This document shows, piece after piece, positions 20,987 through 32,342 of a stretch of DNA of 64,000 nucleotides (position 1 is the stretch's first letter; every line of letters starts with the position of its first letter). The DNA is taken from positions 62,001 to 126,000 of the forward strand of contig PDIP01000007.1 of the NCBI GenBank assembly GCA_002811645.1, written 5' to 3'. Source of the DNA: Corallochytrium limacisporum Hawaii (lineage: Eukaryota > Protista > Pluriformea). Made by a program: the position numbers and the translations under genes. The notes beneath the pieces were generated by a model that made no database searches, was not told the origin of the DNA, and was given only the letters and a program-made list of their open reading frames with translations.

Positions 20987-23900
20987 TTAGTATCGCTTCA
21001 CGCTCCGCAGATTGTCACGGCAGGGCTGGCACATCTTCACAGGTGCCGTGCCCTCCTTTTTGACAACACTAGAGATGCAATCTGCACAGAAAATTCGACC
21101 ACACTGTCGACAATGATGTTTGCGTCGTGTGAGGCCGAATTCCTTGTTGCAGTCACCGCATCTGCCTACTTCAGCGTCATCTTCCCACCGCACCACTGCC
21201 TTTTCCTCTCGCGCAGCCTCCAAGGCCATCTGCAAGTCCTGTGATTGCTTTGCAAATTCAGCTTGCACTGTAAGGGCCTCTTCGTACTTGGCTTGCACGC
21301 GTGTAACTTCTTGTTTTAGGGTCTCAACCTGATCTTCTTGTTCCTGCAGCCGTTGCGACGTGAGATATTCGAAGCGCTCGGCATCATTGCGATGCTTTAT
21401 CAGGCTGTGTTCCTGTTCAGCAATGGTAATTTGGCACTTGGAGAGCTGCTCCTTGGCCTGAAGCAGGTCGTCATGCATGCCATTGGCTTCGGCAATTTGT
21501 TTTTCGTAGGCTTCCATCCGTGAAGAACAATCTTGATCTCGCTCTTCTTTCAAGCGCTCCAGATTTACTAGACTCTGCTTGAGGAGTCGAATCTCGTTGG
21601 TCAGGCTCTCAATCTGAACCTTGGACTGCTTCTTGAGACGTACGTAGTCCTGCTCGAGTACCTTAATCTTCTCCTCATACTCCTCGACAAGCTCGCCACT
21701 AATGCCAGCACCGGAAGACCGGCTAGATTTCAAGATAGCATCGGGACCGTTCGGAGACGATTGAGCTGCCTGAGGACTCTCGGGCTCAAGCGATGCTAAA
21801 TTGTTCTCTCCATTTGGCTGTGGATGTTCATCCTGTTTCGATCGTACTTCCTCGAGATCTCGGATCAGCTGATCTCGTTCTGTGACCAGCTTCTCAGTGT
21901 GTCGCTTGTACACCACAAGTGCCTTCCGAGTCTGTGCGAGGGTGTTGCTAAGATCTGAGCGCACATCCATGAGCTCTGCGTTCACAGCATCTTGCGCTTG
22001 TAGACCTTGGGCCAGTTCAGCACGCAGGTTCTGGATTTCAAATTCCATTTCGGTGTTACGCTGGGCCTGGCCTTGTAGATTCGACCTTGCCTTTTCCGCC
22101 GCCTCAATGCGCCCATTAGCCACTGAGAGCTGGTTTAGTAAGTCCTGAACAAGCCCATCCCTAGTCGTCGCGCTCTCATCTGTAGCGGCCTTCATGCTTT
22201 GGCCCCAGAGAAACAGTCTCTCTACAGCCACTCTCATGACATCCTTCGGATTGCTGCTAGCTATATCTATACCTTGCAGCTCTTCATCATCCATGACAGT
22301 AGCGATGTTACCCACTGTCTCACCAATATCGGAGACCATGCGGTCATGAGCCAACTTGGCGGCGTCATTAGCTTGCTGCAATGCCATGCGTTGCTGCCGT
22401 TCCTGGTAAATGCCGGTGTTGAGTGCGGAAATCCTCTCTTCCAATTCTGCTACTTTAAGCTGACTCTCTGCTACTTTAGCTTCTGAGTCCTCAATCTGAG
22501 ACAAAACTTCTGCAGTTGCGGCACGTTTGTCAGAGGCTAAGGTTTTGTTGTCTCTTCGCAACTTTTCAAGCTCAGGCTGCAACAATCCCAGCTCATTTTG
22601 CAATTGCTCGATACGTTCATTGCTCTCCTGCAGTTTTCTTCGTAGAAGCAAAACCTGCTGGCTCTCGGGATCTTCTTTAGCAGTCTCTGATATCTCGCTA
22701 GGTAGCTGTTGGAGTTGATCATGTTCCACGTTGACGGCTTTCACTTCTGATGTCGGCGCCAGCATGGTGGACTGTTCGGTGTCAATCAACGATGCCTGAG
22801 CCATGGCTTTACTAAGAGACTGACGCAAGCTCACGATCGTCGCCTCCTTTTCACTGTCTGAGGCTTCGAATGCTTTGAGTCGAGCGGTTAACTCTGCAAA
22901 TTCTGTTGTGGCACCTTGTTTGTCACTTTCTAGCTTTGCGCGCATCTCGTCGATCATTTTCTGCATGACTTCAAAGGAATCTTGGAAGGTTGAAGTCTGT
23001 CCTTGCATCTCATGTTCCAGGGCTTCCTTCGACGTCCGTAGCTCTCCTATTCGAGACTTGAGAGTGTGGAGCTCCTCAGAAGACACTGCAATTTGACCCA
23101 AATGTTCTGACGCCCGCCTCTTGCTTTCAGCTATGATCTGGCCTTTTCGCCTGTGGAGGTCCTTCAATTGGTCCAAGATGTCAACCATATCTCCAAGGTT
23201 CGCCTTGCTCTTCTCCTGCTTTGATGTCAAAAGCGAATCGACAATGCTGGCATTTCCAACAGCTAATTCCAGAGCTTGCCGGGACATTGCTGACACATGT
23301 TGCATCCGCTGCAGAACGTTTGCATCTTCCGTGTCCCTGGGCGGAACACCTGCTCGACCGAGCACAAGCACAGCCTCATCTCCAATTGCACTTGCTATCT
23401 TGGCAACTTGTTGCCTCTCGCTGATGAGTTTAGCATGCATTGCAAACAAGATATTGACAATCTCCACATATTCATGGTGAGCAACTTGTGTGCTTGACAT
23501 TCCTTGAGATGCAGATTCACTGGTCGCATGGCTTGATCGTAACGCATTGACGCCACTGATGGTCTCGTCAATGGTCTCCATGCATTGCATGATCATTGCA
23601 TCAACGAGAGACCTGCTTCGCTTGATTCCTGAAATGATTTCCGCATAATCAGACACCCGACCAGCGAAGGATGCGACTTTGCTCCTCATTTCTTCCAGAG
23701 CCTGTTCTTTAGTGGCCACCGTCATATTCAGTTCTTCTATGGAGGCATGTGCAGCTGTGAGTTTCACCATCAGGTCACTGACTTCGCCGGCAACCGAATC
23801 CTGTTGCTCTTCACGTTGGCGACTGAATTGAACAAGCTCTGCTCGAGCAGTCTCCAGTTCGTCCTCTAAAGATGACGCCTTTACCCGGGATTCTTCCGCA

Positions 23901-26149
23901 TCTTTCAACTTCTGTTCGTGTGCACGACGTAGTTCAGATTGGTTTCTCTGCAATTCCTCAAATGCAGACCTGAGCTCTGACGACTTCGCATGCATAGTAC
24001 TTAACTCCTCTTCCCGTCCCTGAATCTTTTCATTGGCTTCTGCTAATTCCTCTTCAATACTGTCTTTGACATCTCCAATACGAATCAAGCCTTTCTGGAG
24101 GGTTTCATTTTGCTCTTCTTGTTGTGCCAATTGTTTCTTTAGACTCTCGAGCTCTTCCGCCATCCCTGTCTGATGTACAGTTTCGGCCTCCATCTCAGCA
24201 AGCTTCTGCTCCAAACCCCGAATTGCATCCTCACGATCTTCGAGGTACTCAGACACGGCTGAATTCTCTTCTTCCAGTGATTTCTTCGCTGCCTCTAATC
24301 TTGCTACGTCCGATGTGAGACCAGCTGTAGACTCTTCCTGACTCCTGATCTGTGTTTGTGCATCATCCAGTGCCTTGCGGAGTTCTCCAATTTGTTGCAC
24401 ATGCTGTTTAGTCTGCTCTTCCATGGAAGTCTTCCCGCCGTTGACCACTGTTTGCAATTCAGTAAAACTGCTCTGTAGCTTCGCGATCTCTTCGTTCTTC
24501 TCTGAAACATCCCCAAGTGCTTTCTCCAGCTTATTCATGTACTCTTGTCCCTTGTCATTGGATGTCTTCAAAGCCCCACGAAGGCGATTGATCTTGGTTC
24601 GCAATTCATTCCATCTAGTCTCTGCATCACCCTCATCGCTTTGGCTCCTAAGCACTTCCGTGAGCTGTCTGTTGTGTAACGACAGCTCGCGTTGTAGCAG
24701 TTGGATTTTGGATGCGGCGTCACTGGAGCTGTTCTGAATTTCTTGTGCAATCTTGTCTTTCTCCTCCGTTTCCCTCAGGTTGGACTCGCGTTCGGTATCG
24801 AGCTGTGTCTTCAAATCTTTGATTTCCTGGCGCAATGTTTCCAGTTCATTCTTGCTGGCATGAGCATCGGCTTGGAGCCGTTCATCGAATTCGCTGCGCA
24901 CAAGCTCTAAATCAGTTGCTAGGTCCTCCTTGGCTTTCTCCAGAGAAGAAATTGTAGCATTGGCTTCCTGTTGTTTCCGTGCGTACTCAGTTTCAAGCTG
25001 CTCTACCCTCTCTTCCATATCCTTCATGGCTGCGGCGTGCTCCGCATTCGTGCTTTCCGTTTCTCTCTGTGATTGGCCCAGTAGTGAGCGCAGCTCCTGC
25101 TCACGCTGTACAATGCTTTGCTGGGCAAGAGCTGAATCCTTCTCAGCTTGCTTAGACAAAGCATCATTGGCAAGCCGAAGCTCGTCAAGTTGCTTCTGCA
25201 TGACCCTTTCTGAGTCCTCCGACGCAGCAGCGGCAAGTTCGGCTTCACGTTTCGCCGCTGTCAGTTGCGTTTTAGTGTCTTCTAGCTCCTGTTGCAGCTG
25301 AGTCAATTCATCACTGTTTGTATCCGGTTCAGCTCTAGAAGAGTGCGCCAAAGTGACAGTCTGATGGAGACGGTCTAATTGGTCTTGTAGTTCATCAATG
25401 TCCGTGGTCAAATTCAAACGTACTGTGGGCACAGGATCCGTACTTGGCAAGGAGTCCCGTTGCAACATGGATTTCGCAAGACGATGGATCGCACGTACAG
25501 ACTTTGCTTGCTTTTGGCGTGCCTTCCTCAAGTCATCAAGTTGCCGCAGTGCATGGTCATGTTTCTCTTGCAGGTTACGAACCTTTGCAACCGTCCCTGC
25601 CGATAAGTGGGCACCGTCGGCTGGTCCCACTTGCGTAGGCGGTGCAGGGGAAGCCCCCGTTTTCTTGGACTCTTCAAGCTGTGTAGTAAGATGTTCGATC
25701 TGCTGCGACAGCGACGCAACAAGCATTTCTTTCTCATCTTGCATGGACTTGAGTTTCAAAGTCAACTCATGAACTGTGGCCGTGTCACCATGGGGTGCTG
25801 AGTGTTCAAAGTGTTCCCTTTGTACTTCTTCTAGACGACCCTTCAGCTTGCGACCATACTCCTTTAGCTTGTTAACTTGATCACGTAGCTCTGCATTCTG
25901 CTGTGCAATCTGCTGTCCATTTCCAATGGCATCTTGAAGAGACTGCTGAGCTTGTAGCTCCTGGTTTTTTAGCGTGTCCCGGAGGCTGGCGAGTTCTGCA
26001 TTGAGCTCTCCATTTTTCTGTTGCTCGTTCTTTAAGTTCTCTTCAGTGTTCGCATAGATCTCCTTGAATCTTGTGACCTGGGACCTAAACTTTTCCTCCT
26101 GGAGCCGTTTGATTTCCCGCAATTTTGCGAGCTCCTCTTCAGCCGACAT
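20987..26149 (-). CDS. Long coiled-coil protein with C-terminal FYVE finger (EEA1/FYCO1-like tether)
   Basis: 1720 aa, mostly heptad repeats; C-terminal WEDD..CGDC..RRKHHCRQCGRIFCADC..CQPC. Confidence 0.9.
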   Translation of the reverse strand: MSAEEELAKLREIKRLQEEKFRSQVTRFKEIYANTEENLKNEQQKNGELNAELASLRDTLKNQELQAQQSLQDAIGNGQQIAQQNAELRDQVNKLKEYGRKLKGRLEEVQREHFEHSAPHGDTATVHELTLKLKSMQDEKEMLVASLSQQIEHLTTQLEESKKTGASPAPPTQVGPADGAHLSAGTVAKVRNLQEKHDHALRQLDDLRKARQKQAKSVRAIHRLAKSMLQRDSLPSTDPVPTVRLNLTTDIDELQDQLDRLHQTVTLAHSSRAEPDTNSDELTQLQQELEDTKTQLTAAKREAELAAAASEDSERVMQKQLDELRLANDALSKQAEKDSALAQQSIVQREQELRSLLGQSQRETESTNAEHAAAMKDMEERVEQLETEYARKQQEANATISSLEKAKEDLATDLELVRSEFDERLQADAHASKNELETLRQEIKDLKTQLDTERESNLRETEEKDKIAQEIQNSSSDAASKIQLLQRELSLHNRQLTEVLRSQSDEGDAETRWNELRTKINRLRGALKTSNDKGQEYMNKLEKALGDVSEKNEEIAKLQSSFTELQTVVNGGKTSMEEQTKQHVQQIGELRKALDDAQTQIRSQEESTAGLTSDVARLEAAKKSLEEENSAVSEYLEDREDAIRGLEQKLAEMEAETVHQTGMAEELESLKKQLAQQEEQNETLQKGLIRIGDVKDSIEEELAEANEKIQGREEELSTMHAKSSELRSAFEELQRNQSELRRAHEQKLKDAEESRVKASSLEDELETARAELVQFSRQREEQQDSVAGEVSDLMVKLTAAHASIEELNMTVATKEQALEEMRSKVASFAGRVSDYAEIISGIKRSRSLVDAMIMQCMETIDETISGVNALRSSHATSESASQGMSSTQVAHHEYVEIVNILFAMHAKLISERQQVAKIASAIGDEAVLVLGRAGVPPRDTEDANVLQRMQHVSAMSRQALELAVGNASIVDSLLTSKQEKSKANLGDMVDILDQLKDLHRRKGQIIAESKRRASEHLGQIAVSSEELHTLKSRIGELRTSKEALEHEMQGQTSTFQDSFEVMQKMIDEMRAKLESDKQGATTEFAELTARLKAFEASDSEKEATIVSLRQSLSKAMAQASLIDTEQSTMLAPTSEVKAVNVEHDQLQQLPSEISETAKEDPESQQVLLLRRKLQESNERIEQLQNELGLLQPELEKLRRDNKTLASDKRAATAEVLSQIEDSEAKVAESQLKVAELEERISALNTGIYQERQQRMALQQANDAAKLAHDRMVSDIGETVGNIATVMDDEELQGIDIASSNPKDVMRVAVERLFLWGQSMKAATDESATTRDGLVQDLLNQLSVANGRIEAAEKARSNLQGQAQRNTEMEFEIQNLRAELAQGLQAQDAVNAELMDVRSDLSNTLAQTRKALVVYKRHTEKLVTERDQLIRDLEEVRSKQDEHPQPNGENNLASLEPESPQAAQSSPNGPDAILKSSRSSGAGISGELVEEYEEKIKVLEQDYVRLKKQSKVQIESLTNEIRLLKQSLVNLERLKEERDQDCSSRMEAYEKQIAEANGMHDDLLQAKEQLSKCQITIAEQEHSLIKHRNDAERFEYLTSQRLQEQEDQVETLKQEVTRVQAKYEEALTVQAEFAKQSQDLQMALEAAREEKAVVRWEDDAEVGRCGDCNKEFGLTRRKHHCRQCGRIFCADCISSVVKKEGTAPVKMCQPCRDNLRSVKRY

Positions 26150-27178
26150 TTTGGTACGAGTTCGAGGGTGCTACGTCATCTTGAAATCTTGTCTTAGCTG
26201 TTCCCTCCAAACGGTTGTGAACGATCAGAATATGGAAATGACTTTCGGCAAATACTACTGCCTGTGAATAGCTTGCTCATTCAGACCACAACGCTCTGCC
26301 TGATAAATGCTTTCATAGGAATCAAAGCACCCCAGACCAGCCTGATTGCGCAGAAATCACCTCGCACCCCTTCGTTATTCCTATACACCATTTTCCTCCA
26401 GTGCCCGCGACTCGCCCGCGACTCACCCTTTACCAAAACACATCCAAAACAGTGAAATTATTGATCGCCGGGACTGACCCTTCACAGGGCGTGTGGCGGG
26501 AGGGATTCCTCGTGGGGGACTTGCAGTGTGCCTGGGCACCACCTTACAGCGGATGGAGATCAGGTCTGAATAGTAATTTCAGGCTTTCTCCAAATGCAAT
26601 CTTCTCGATTTTTAATAAACAAATTCACTGTAATTGTAGCTATTTATACCGTTGTTCGTCGTATTAACCATGTGTGTGACATTGCAAAGCGGCACATTGG
26701 GTGCCGTGGTATTGGGTGGAAATCTCATGCCGGGAAATGGTAAGTGTACGACAGGGCAAGACAAGTGAGCAGCTTGTTTGATGACTAAAAAGTTTGACAA
26801 GCATATATCCTACGTGCTGAATGGGTCTTTCGACCTTGGATGCCTTGAGGAATGAACATTTTTCTGACCTTTAGCTTCGCTCACATATTGGGTTGTTACG
26901 TTTGTTCTGGAAACTAACTGTTGAGTAGTGTTCTCTTGTATGCTAGTGACATCAAAGGGAAATAGCAGATTGGATCTGTGCGAGATCACACGAGTGTAAG
27001 TATCATTCATTGTAGAGTATCAACATCGATATAGGGCAAGGACGATAACTACTTCACCAACTCTGAAGGTCACAAGTGACGAATCAAACATGCACTACCA
27101 ACTGAGCCTCTTTCGATTGTGTCTTTCTTTCACATTATACTGTGGAATATTGTACTAACATTTCTTTATTTCCTTTAT

Positions 27179-27553
27179 TCATTGATTTGCAATATATAGG
27201 CACAATGATGATGTAACAAACATGTAAACGACGCAAATAGACATGTAAACTAAGCCCTCCAATTTCTGCTGTTCTGGGGAGCTCATAAGCATCCTCTGCT
27301 CTGCCATGCTACTGCTTTCTGCTCCGTTATCATAGTCCGCGCGAGTAATCTGTCGGCGCTGCGGCGGGGCGGCCAATCCTAAAAAGGAGAGGACACGCAC
27401 GAACCCTGCGATCAGATTTGTGACAACCCCGTCTGGGCCGAACAAGTACCATTGTAATTTACCTTCTGGGATTCCAAGGAATTTTTCAATGGCTGTGAAA
27501 ACAATTCCACTCAGATAGCTTACGACCCGTGTGGTGAGACCGAACCAGCTCAT
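27179..27553 (-). CDS. Orphan small membrane protein
   Basis: 124-aa ATG ORF with a hydrophobic C-terminal segment; two AATAAA signals directly after the stop on the minus strand; no recognised family. Confidence 0.55.
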   Translation of the reverse strand: MSWFGLTTRVVSYLSGIVFTAIEKFLGIPEGKLQWYLFGPDGVVTNLIAGFVRVLSFLGLAAPPQRRQITRADYDNGAESSSMAEQRMLMSSPEQQKLEGLVYMSICVVYMFVTSSLCLYIANQ

Positions 27554-27678
27554 AGTGATGCGTTTGTGTCTGGAAGAAACCCGGTGAGATCAATTTGCGG
27601 CTTTCCGTCCCGGTCTCTGTCGCACTGCATATAAGGTAGGAATGATCTTATATCTTTAAAGGTATAGGAGGAAAAATC

Positions 27679-27729
27679 TGGCACAGAAACAAGATGTGAG
27701 CTGTTGGCACAGAAACAAGATGTGAGCTG
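27679..27729. repeat. 26-bp tandem duplication
   Basis: TGGCACAGAAACAAGATGTGAGCTG occurs twice with period 26. Confidence 0.9.
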
Positions 27730-28388
27730 GTACCTGTTGCGATGGATTGCGCAAACTAGACGGTATCAAACTCCAACGCAATTCATCATTCTCTATGCAG
27801 GGCTCTAGTCGAAAGGGGCTTCGGAAAGTGCAGGCCCCAATCACACCAGACCGACTCGCCAGCCATCCACTGAGGAGGGAGTAAAATTGTGACGGGTCTG
27901 TAGGGCTCCTAAATTTAGGGTTCCGTAGGCAGAAAAAAAAACGACCCATTGAAATCTTGGCCCTCTTATAACTCCAATTTGTGCAGTACTGAATGTGAAG
28001 AGAAGCACGCAATTTGTTCCATAAATCCGCCATGGGTCCCGTTCCGTTTCTGCCAAGTCATTGGTTGCCGCCATATCACTATTGTGAATACATAGGCAAT
28101 GCCTCCAAAGCGTTACCAATAGGTTGGTCATGCAGTAAAAAATTGCCCAGTACATTCAGTATGAATCATATAGTGAACGTACTAAATTTTAGCCTCGGGG
28201 GTGGGGACGTACCGGTAGGGACTCTGTAATAAGCCACGCAGCAGAGCAGAGTACGTGGCGAGATCGCGTAGGCTTGATAGAGTCCGAGGGATGACTTGGG
28301 TGTAAATTTCAAATGAATAGCCAGTGATGAAGATCTCCGTATCAGTGGCGACTTATTCTTTAACATGGACGTGGTATAGCGTGACAAC

Positions 28389-28922
28389 TTATTCGGTTTT
28401 CAAGTGGGGTTGGATATGTGATGAATTCCGCGATCGTGGTGGTGGAGAGTTTTGAAAGATATCATCGAGCAAGAGAATCTTCCTGGTGATATCCACGGTC
28501 TCAAATAACCCCGCTTTCAAACATGAAAGGACAAAAATCCACACCATGATAATGTAGATTTGCAATAGGTCGCCAGAGGTCTTGGTCTGCGGATCGGCGG
28601 GCACTACTCCCTTCATGGGGTCTCTCACAGCAATCCCCCCTGGCTGAATGATTGGTTCTGTCTTGTTTATCTCATCATCACGCAGACAGATCACTTTCAT
28701 TCTGTGCCAGGTGCGATGAATGAGATCATTCGGATAAAAGGCATACATCTGTGTCTCAGTGGCAAACAACCCGATGATACTCTCATACGCATCGAACGCA
28801 TTTCGTGTGCAGAACACAGTCAACTTGACCAGTAGGGTCAAGAACCATAGTAGAAGGTCACCCATGATTGTACTATGTGTAATGTCTAGTTTAATGCTAC
28901 CAACCCGACAGTCATCATACAT
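28389..28922 (-). CDS. Orphan putative two-TM protein
   Basis: 177-aa ORF with hydrophobic stretches LLLWFLTLLVKLTVF and LLQIYIIMVWIFVLSCL; alternative start at 28865. Confidence 0.4.
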   Translation of the reverse strand: MYDDCRVGSIKLDITHSTIMGDLLLWFLTLLVKLTVFCTRNAFDAYESIIGLFATETQMYAFYPNDLIHRTWHRMKVICLRDDEINKTEPIIQPGGIAVRDPMKGVVPADPQTKTSGDLLQIYIIMVWIFVLSCLKAGLFETVDITRKILLLDDIFQNSPPPRSRNSSHIQPHLKTE

Positions 28923-29373
28923 GCAAGATCAAAGTCTACGATTGAGAAACGATTTGGAACTTGGATAGCTATCCAGCCACGGACATCAAGAGTCGCATGG
29001 TACTGTTTTACACCGAAGGCCCAACTGACCAGAGCCTCACCATCTTACAATCACGAAAGCCATAAACGCATCCAAGAACACAAACTTCGAAGTATTTTGC
29101 TCGGTACGTGACACGAGACATCCTCACGCATTACTTCATCGGGCCTCTTTCGTTCTCCGAGATGCGGATAGGGATTTCGCAAAAGGAGCGGAATGTTGGA
29201 AGGTGGGTCGAATTGACGACACACATTCAGTCGGCAGAAACGGGGACTAATATTGATCAGATCACAGTCAGGGGAATTGATGTCAAATGCTAGTTTATCT
29301 ATGGTACACGGTTTGCCATGATATGGCGGCAGAAACTATTGGCCCTTCTTCTCCCCGAACTCATGATAATGGA

Positions 29374-30777
29374 CTAGTAATGAGTGCTGAAGACAACCGT
29401 CTTGATGAAAGTTCCGATCATTATGAAGCAACCAAAGCCCAGGAGCGCGATCGGGGCCAATTTAGAAACGTTCCACGAAGTACCCGAGACTAGCTTCAGT
29501 GTAGCCGCAGCAGGCAGTACGTACGCCAATAAACCTCCTGCAATGGATCCAGTCAGCTCAAGAACGATTCCCAGATTGTCAGTGAACAGTGCTATCAACG
29601 TTGTACTTAAAAGGAGGAAGGCAGTCCACAGTCGGCTGCGGGTTGGTGTCATCTCTGATGCTCCCCGGTAAAACATCTGATCGAGAGCGTCAACTGATAC
29701 AAAACACTCTAAGGGATACGTCAAAGCCAGGGTTAAAGAGAAAAGAATCCGAGCACCTTCAATTGCAGGATAATCCCCTACCGCGAAGTTGAGTAGAATG
29801 TTCGGCTGTGCCTCCCCAAAGAACGCAAGATAACCGACGAGGGCGTACAGGACGGAAATGACAGTGGATGCAAGAATGCCTATCCCTATGACATACCTGA
29901 AAGCCGGTACCTCAGGATTCGGTAGTGCATTAAAAAGCAGGAATGTGTTATGGTGACATACAAAGGAGAAAGCACTGATGCCAAATGCACGGATTACACC
30001 ATGCCAGTCAGCCAAGATTATGTGGTCATCGATACCGTAGTCATGGTTGGCATCTTGTCCAACAACACCAATGATGATGGCCACAGTGATGACGCAAGCC
30101 ATGGACAAGACCGAAGTCAATTCCAAAGCCTTCACGCTACCCTTAAAACACAGGGGAACCTGAACAACCAGCACAAAGAAAGCAATCCAGATGCGTCTGT
30201 CGGTCCAGAAATCGTTGTCCGTTGTCGTGCTCATCGCGTCCGCGCAGAGCTGCCCGACGATAATGAGGTAGGCCACCATGGCCCCGAATGCGTACAGTAG
30301 CTGAGCAAGTCCGCCTAATGTCTCTCCATGCATGCCAAAAGCAAATTTCATCAGATCCATGTATGTTGTCTGCTTGTGCTCGTGTCCAGTACGGACCAAA
30401 AGATGCAACGAATAGTCTGTAATCAGAGCGACGAGTACGATAATAACTAATCCAAGCACCAGACCAGATCCCGCTAGCAAGTACGGCATCGATAGTACTC
30501 CTGCTCCTACAATACTATTAGCCATGTTGTATGCACCACCGAAGAGGCGGTTCCAGGTATTTTCTGACAGAAGTAAACTGTTGCCAATCAAAAAGTCCCC
30601 CTTAATCCGTGGGCTCAACATATCGGACGGGCTTTGGTGCTCCGCTGTCTTCGCTGCATAGTCGCCATTCTGAGGGTCCAGATCCATCGTGGAGGCATCA
30701 GAGCCTCTCTCGTATGCTGACATTGTGAGAATTGTCAACTGATTCCTCGGAGTGCGTAACAGATGGAATATGTTCAT
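29374..30777 (-). CDS. AAAP-family amino acid transporter (SLC38A11/Avt2-like)
   Basis: NMANSIVGAGVLSMPY, FSFVCHHN, LTYPLECF, YVLPA; about 11 TM segments. Start may be the ATG at 30723. Confidence 0.92.
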   Translation of the reverse strand: MNIFHLLRTPRNQLTILTMSAYERGSDASTMDLDPQNGDYAAKTAEHQSPSDMLSPRIKGDFLIGNSLLLSENTWNRLFGGAYNMANSIVGAGVLSMPYLLAGSGLVLGLVIIVLVALITDYSLHLLVRTGHEHKQTTYMDLMKFAFGMHGETLGGLAQLLYAFGAMVAYLIIVGQLCADAMSTTTDNDFWTDRRIWIAFFVLVVQVPLCFKGSVKALELTSVLSMACVITVAIIIGVVGQDANHDYGIDDHIILADWHGVIRAFGISAFSFVCHHNTFLLFNALPNPEVPAFRYVIGIGILASTVISVLYALVGYLAFFGEAQPNILLNFAVGDYPAIEGARILFSLTLALTYPLECFVSVDALDQMFYRGASEMTPTRSRLWTAFLLLSTTLIALFTDNLGIVLELTGSIAGGLLAYVLPAAATLKLVSGTSWNVSKLAPIALLGFGCFIMIGTFIKTVVFSTHY

Positions 30778-32342
30778 CAGCCGTTAGGACGCGGAAGTCC
30801 TTGGCGACCGCCGCCGGATTCAAGTAGGGGAATATGACATCTTGAACACAGACCAACGGAAGGGCAGGAAAACACGGCATAAACTCCCAAACCTGACTGT
30901 ACACATACATTCCCCATCTGATGCTTCAGCAACAGCTTTTGGCGGTGTCATCAGACACCAACAAATGTGTCAATATGTCGTGTGGGCACGGGAGCTCCGG
31001 GACACGCCGTTCATTCCCGTGGGGTTCCAGTTCCCGGGGGGGGGGAGAGAGAGAGGAGGGGGGCGGATTTTCCCTGCGCAGGCTCGCTACTGACCGCCAT
31101 TTGCCTCGGTACTAAATCTACCATGTATGTTGCTATGGTGTGAGTGTACGAACCACCCCTCCTCGTCGACCCCAGGTCCTTGGTGTGTTTCAGATTTCGA
31201 TATAGATGCAGAGTGAAACATTGAAAGTCGGAGAGGGAAGTAAAAAAAAAAGGGGACTGACTGCGGAATTCCGACCCGACTCGCTTTCTACACATTCCCA
31301 CTCCCCCCCCTCCCCCGGGCCCCCGTCTGCAATGAAAGATGTATCCGGGAACGCAGTGCTGCCCCGAGCGCCCAATCCCAAGCCTCCAACAACCCCCCTA
31401 CTTTTCCTGTGGCACATTTTTCTTGGGTCCGGACCCACCTTTAGTATTTTCGTTATCCGTCGACTGCCCGAGCTTTCCTCTTTCTTTTCTTTCCTTTTTT
31501 TCTCTTTTACTTTATGCTCCGTAATAAATCAATACGTCCGTGCCGAGGCGTGCAGCCGGTTCGTTTGATATGAAAACTCTCATTGATTTGCAGACCAAGA
31601 TCGAGACCTATCCCGAAGGTACCCCTACCAGCCGTCGGGCACGATCCGTGCCGGTAATCTCGAGCTCCCGTTTTTCTTTCTTCCCGTCTGTTCATAACTG
31701 GAAACTATTTTTTCTTTCTTCTTTTTATATTTTGTGAATTTCCTGGTGTCGGCAGCAGGGAAGTATTTTGGACTAAAGCAACGACACGGCCCCCTCCACC
31801 TGGGGTGGGGGGGGGGCCTGCAGCAAGCTCTCTTATTCCCTACTTTTCTCTCTGCTGTCTTCCAACTTAGCAGGGGACGTGGGTGGAGACGGTACCTTCC
31901 GACCTCTGTGCAAGACAATTATTCTCCGACTGACGGCCCCTTCCAGTATGTAATCGCACCCATTACCATCCTTACCCTACGCTGGGGCTGGCTCGGTCAA
32001 AAGGGGGGGGGAGCACTGCAGGAGAGATCAGTGATTAATGGGGGCGGGCAGCGAAGGTCCCATCGAATGGTTGCGCAGAGTATTGCTGACGGGCGGCGAG
32101 TCATGTGGCTATGCATGAGATATTCTGCTTGGTATTTCGAAATTTTGGGCAAGGAAAGTGTGAATGCCTCCAGAGTTCACCCCACAGGTCGATTATAGCT
32201 ACCATTCGTTCTTGAATCTATTTGCAAACAATGACCAGTGTTCGAGGGAGACCATAGGTTGTTCAATCGAAAGGGTCCCTTAGGGCCGCGTAGGAACAAT
32301 GATTTGACACTTGACACTTCACGGAAAGTTTTCTTTCAAACC

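Noticed and set aside
26740-27199. Possible + strand intron (GTAAGT...TACTAAC...TAG) with a C/D-box-like segment at 26778-26867 containing an 11-nt match antisense to the 18S rRNA 5' end
   Set aside because: The pyrimidine tract is better explained as the minus-strand AATAAA signals of the 124-aa ORF, and the antisense match is not adjacent to a D/D' box as the +5 rule needs.
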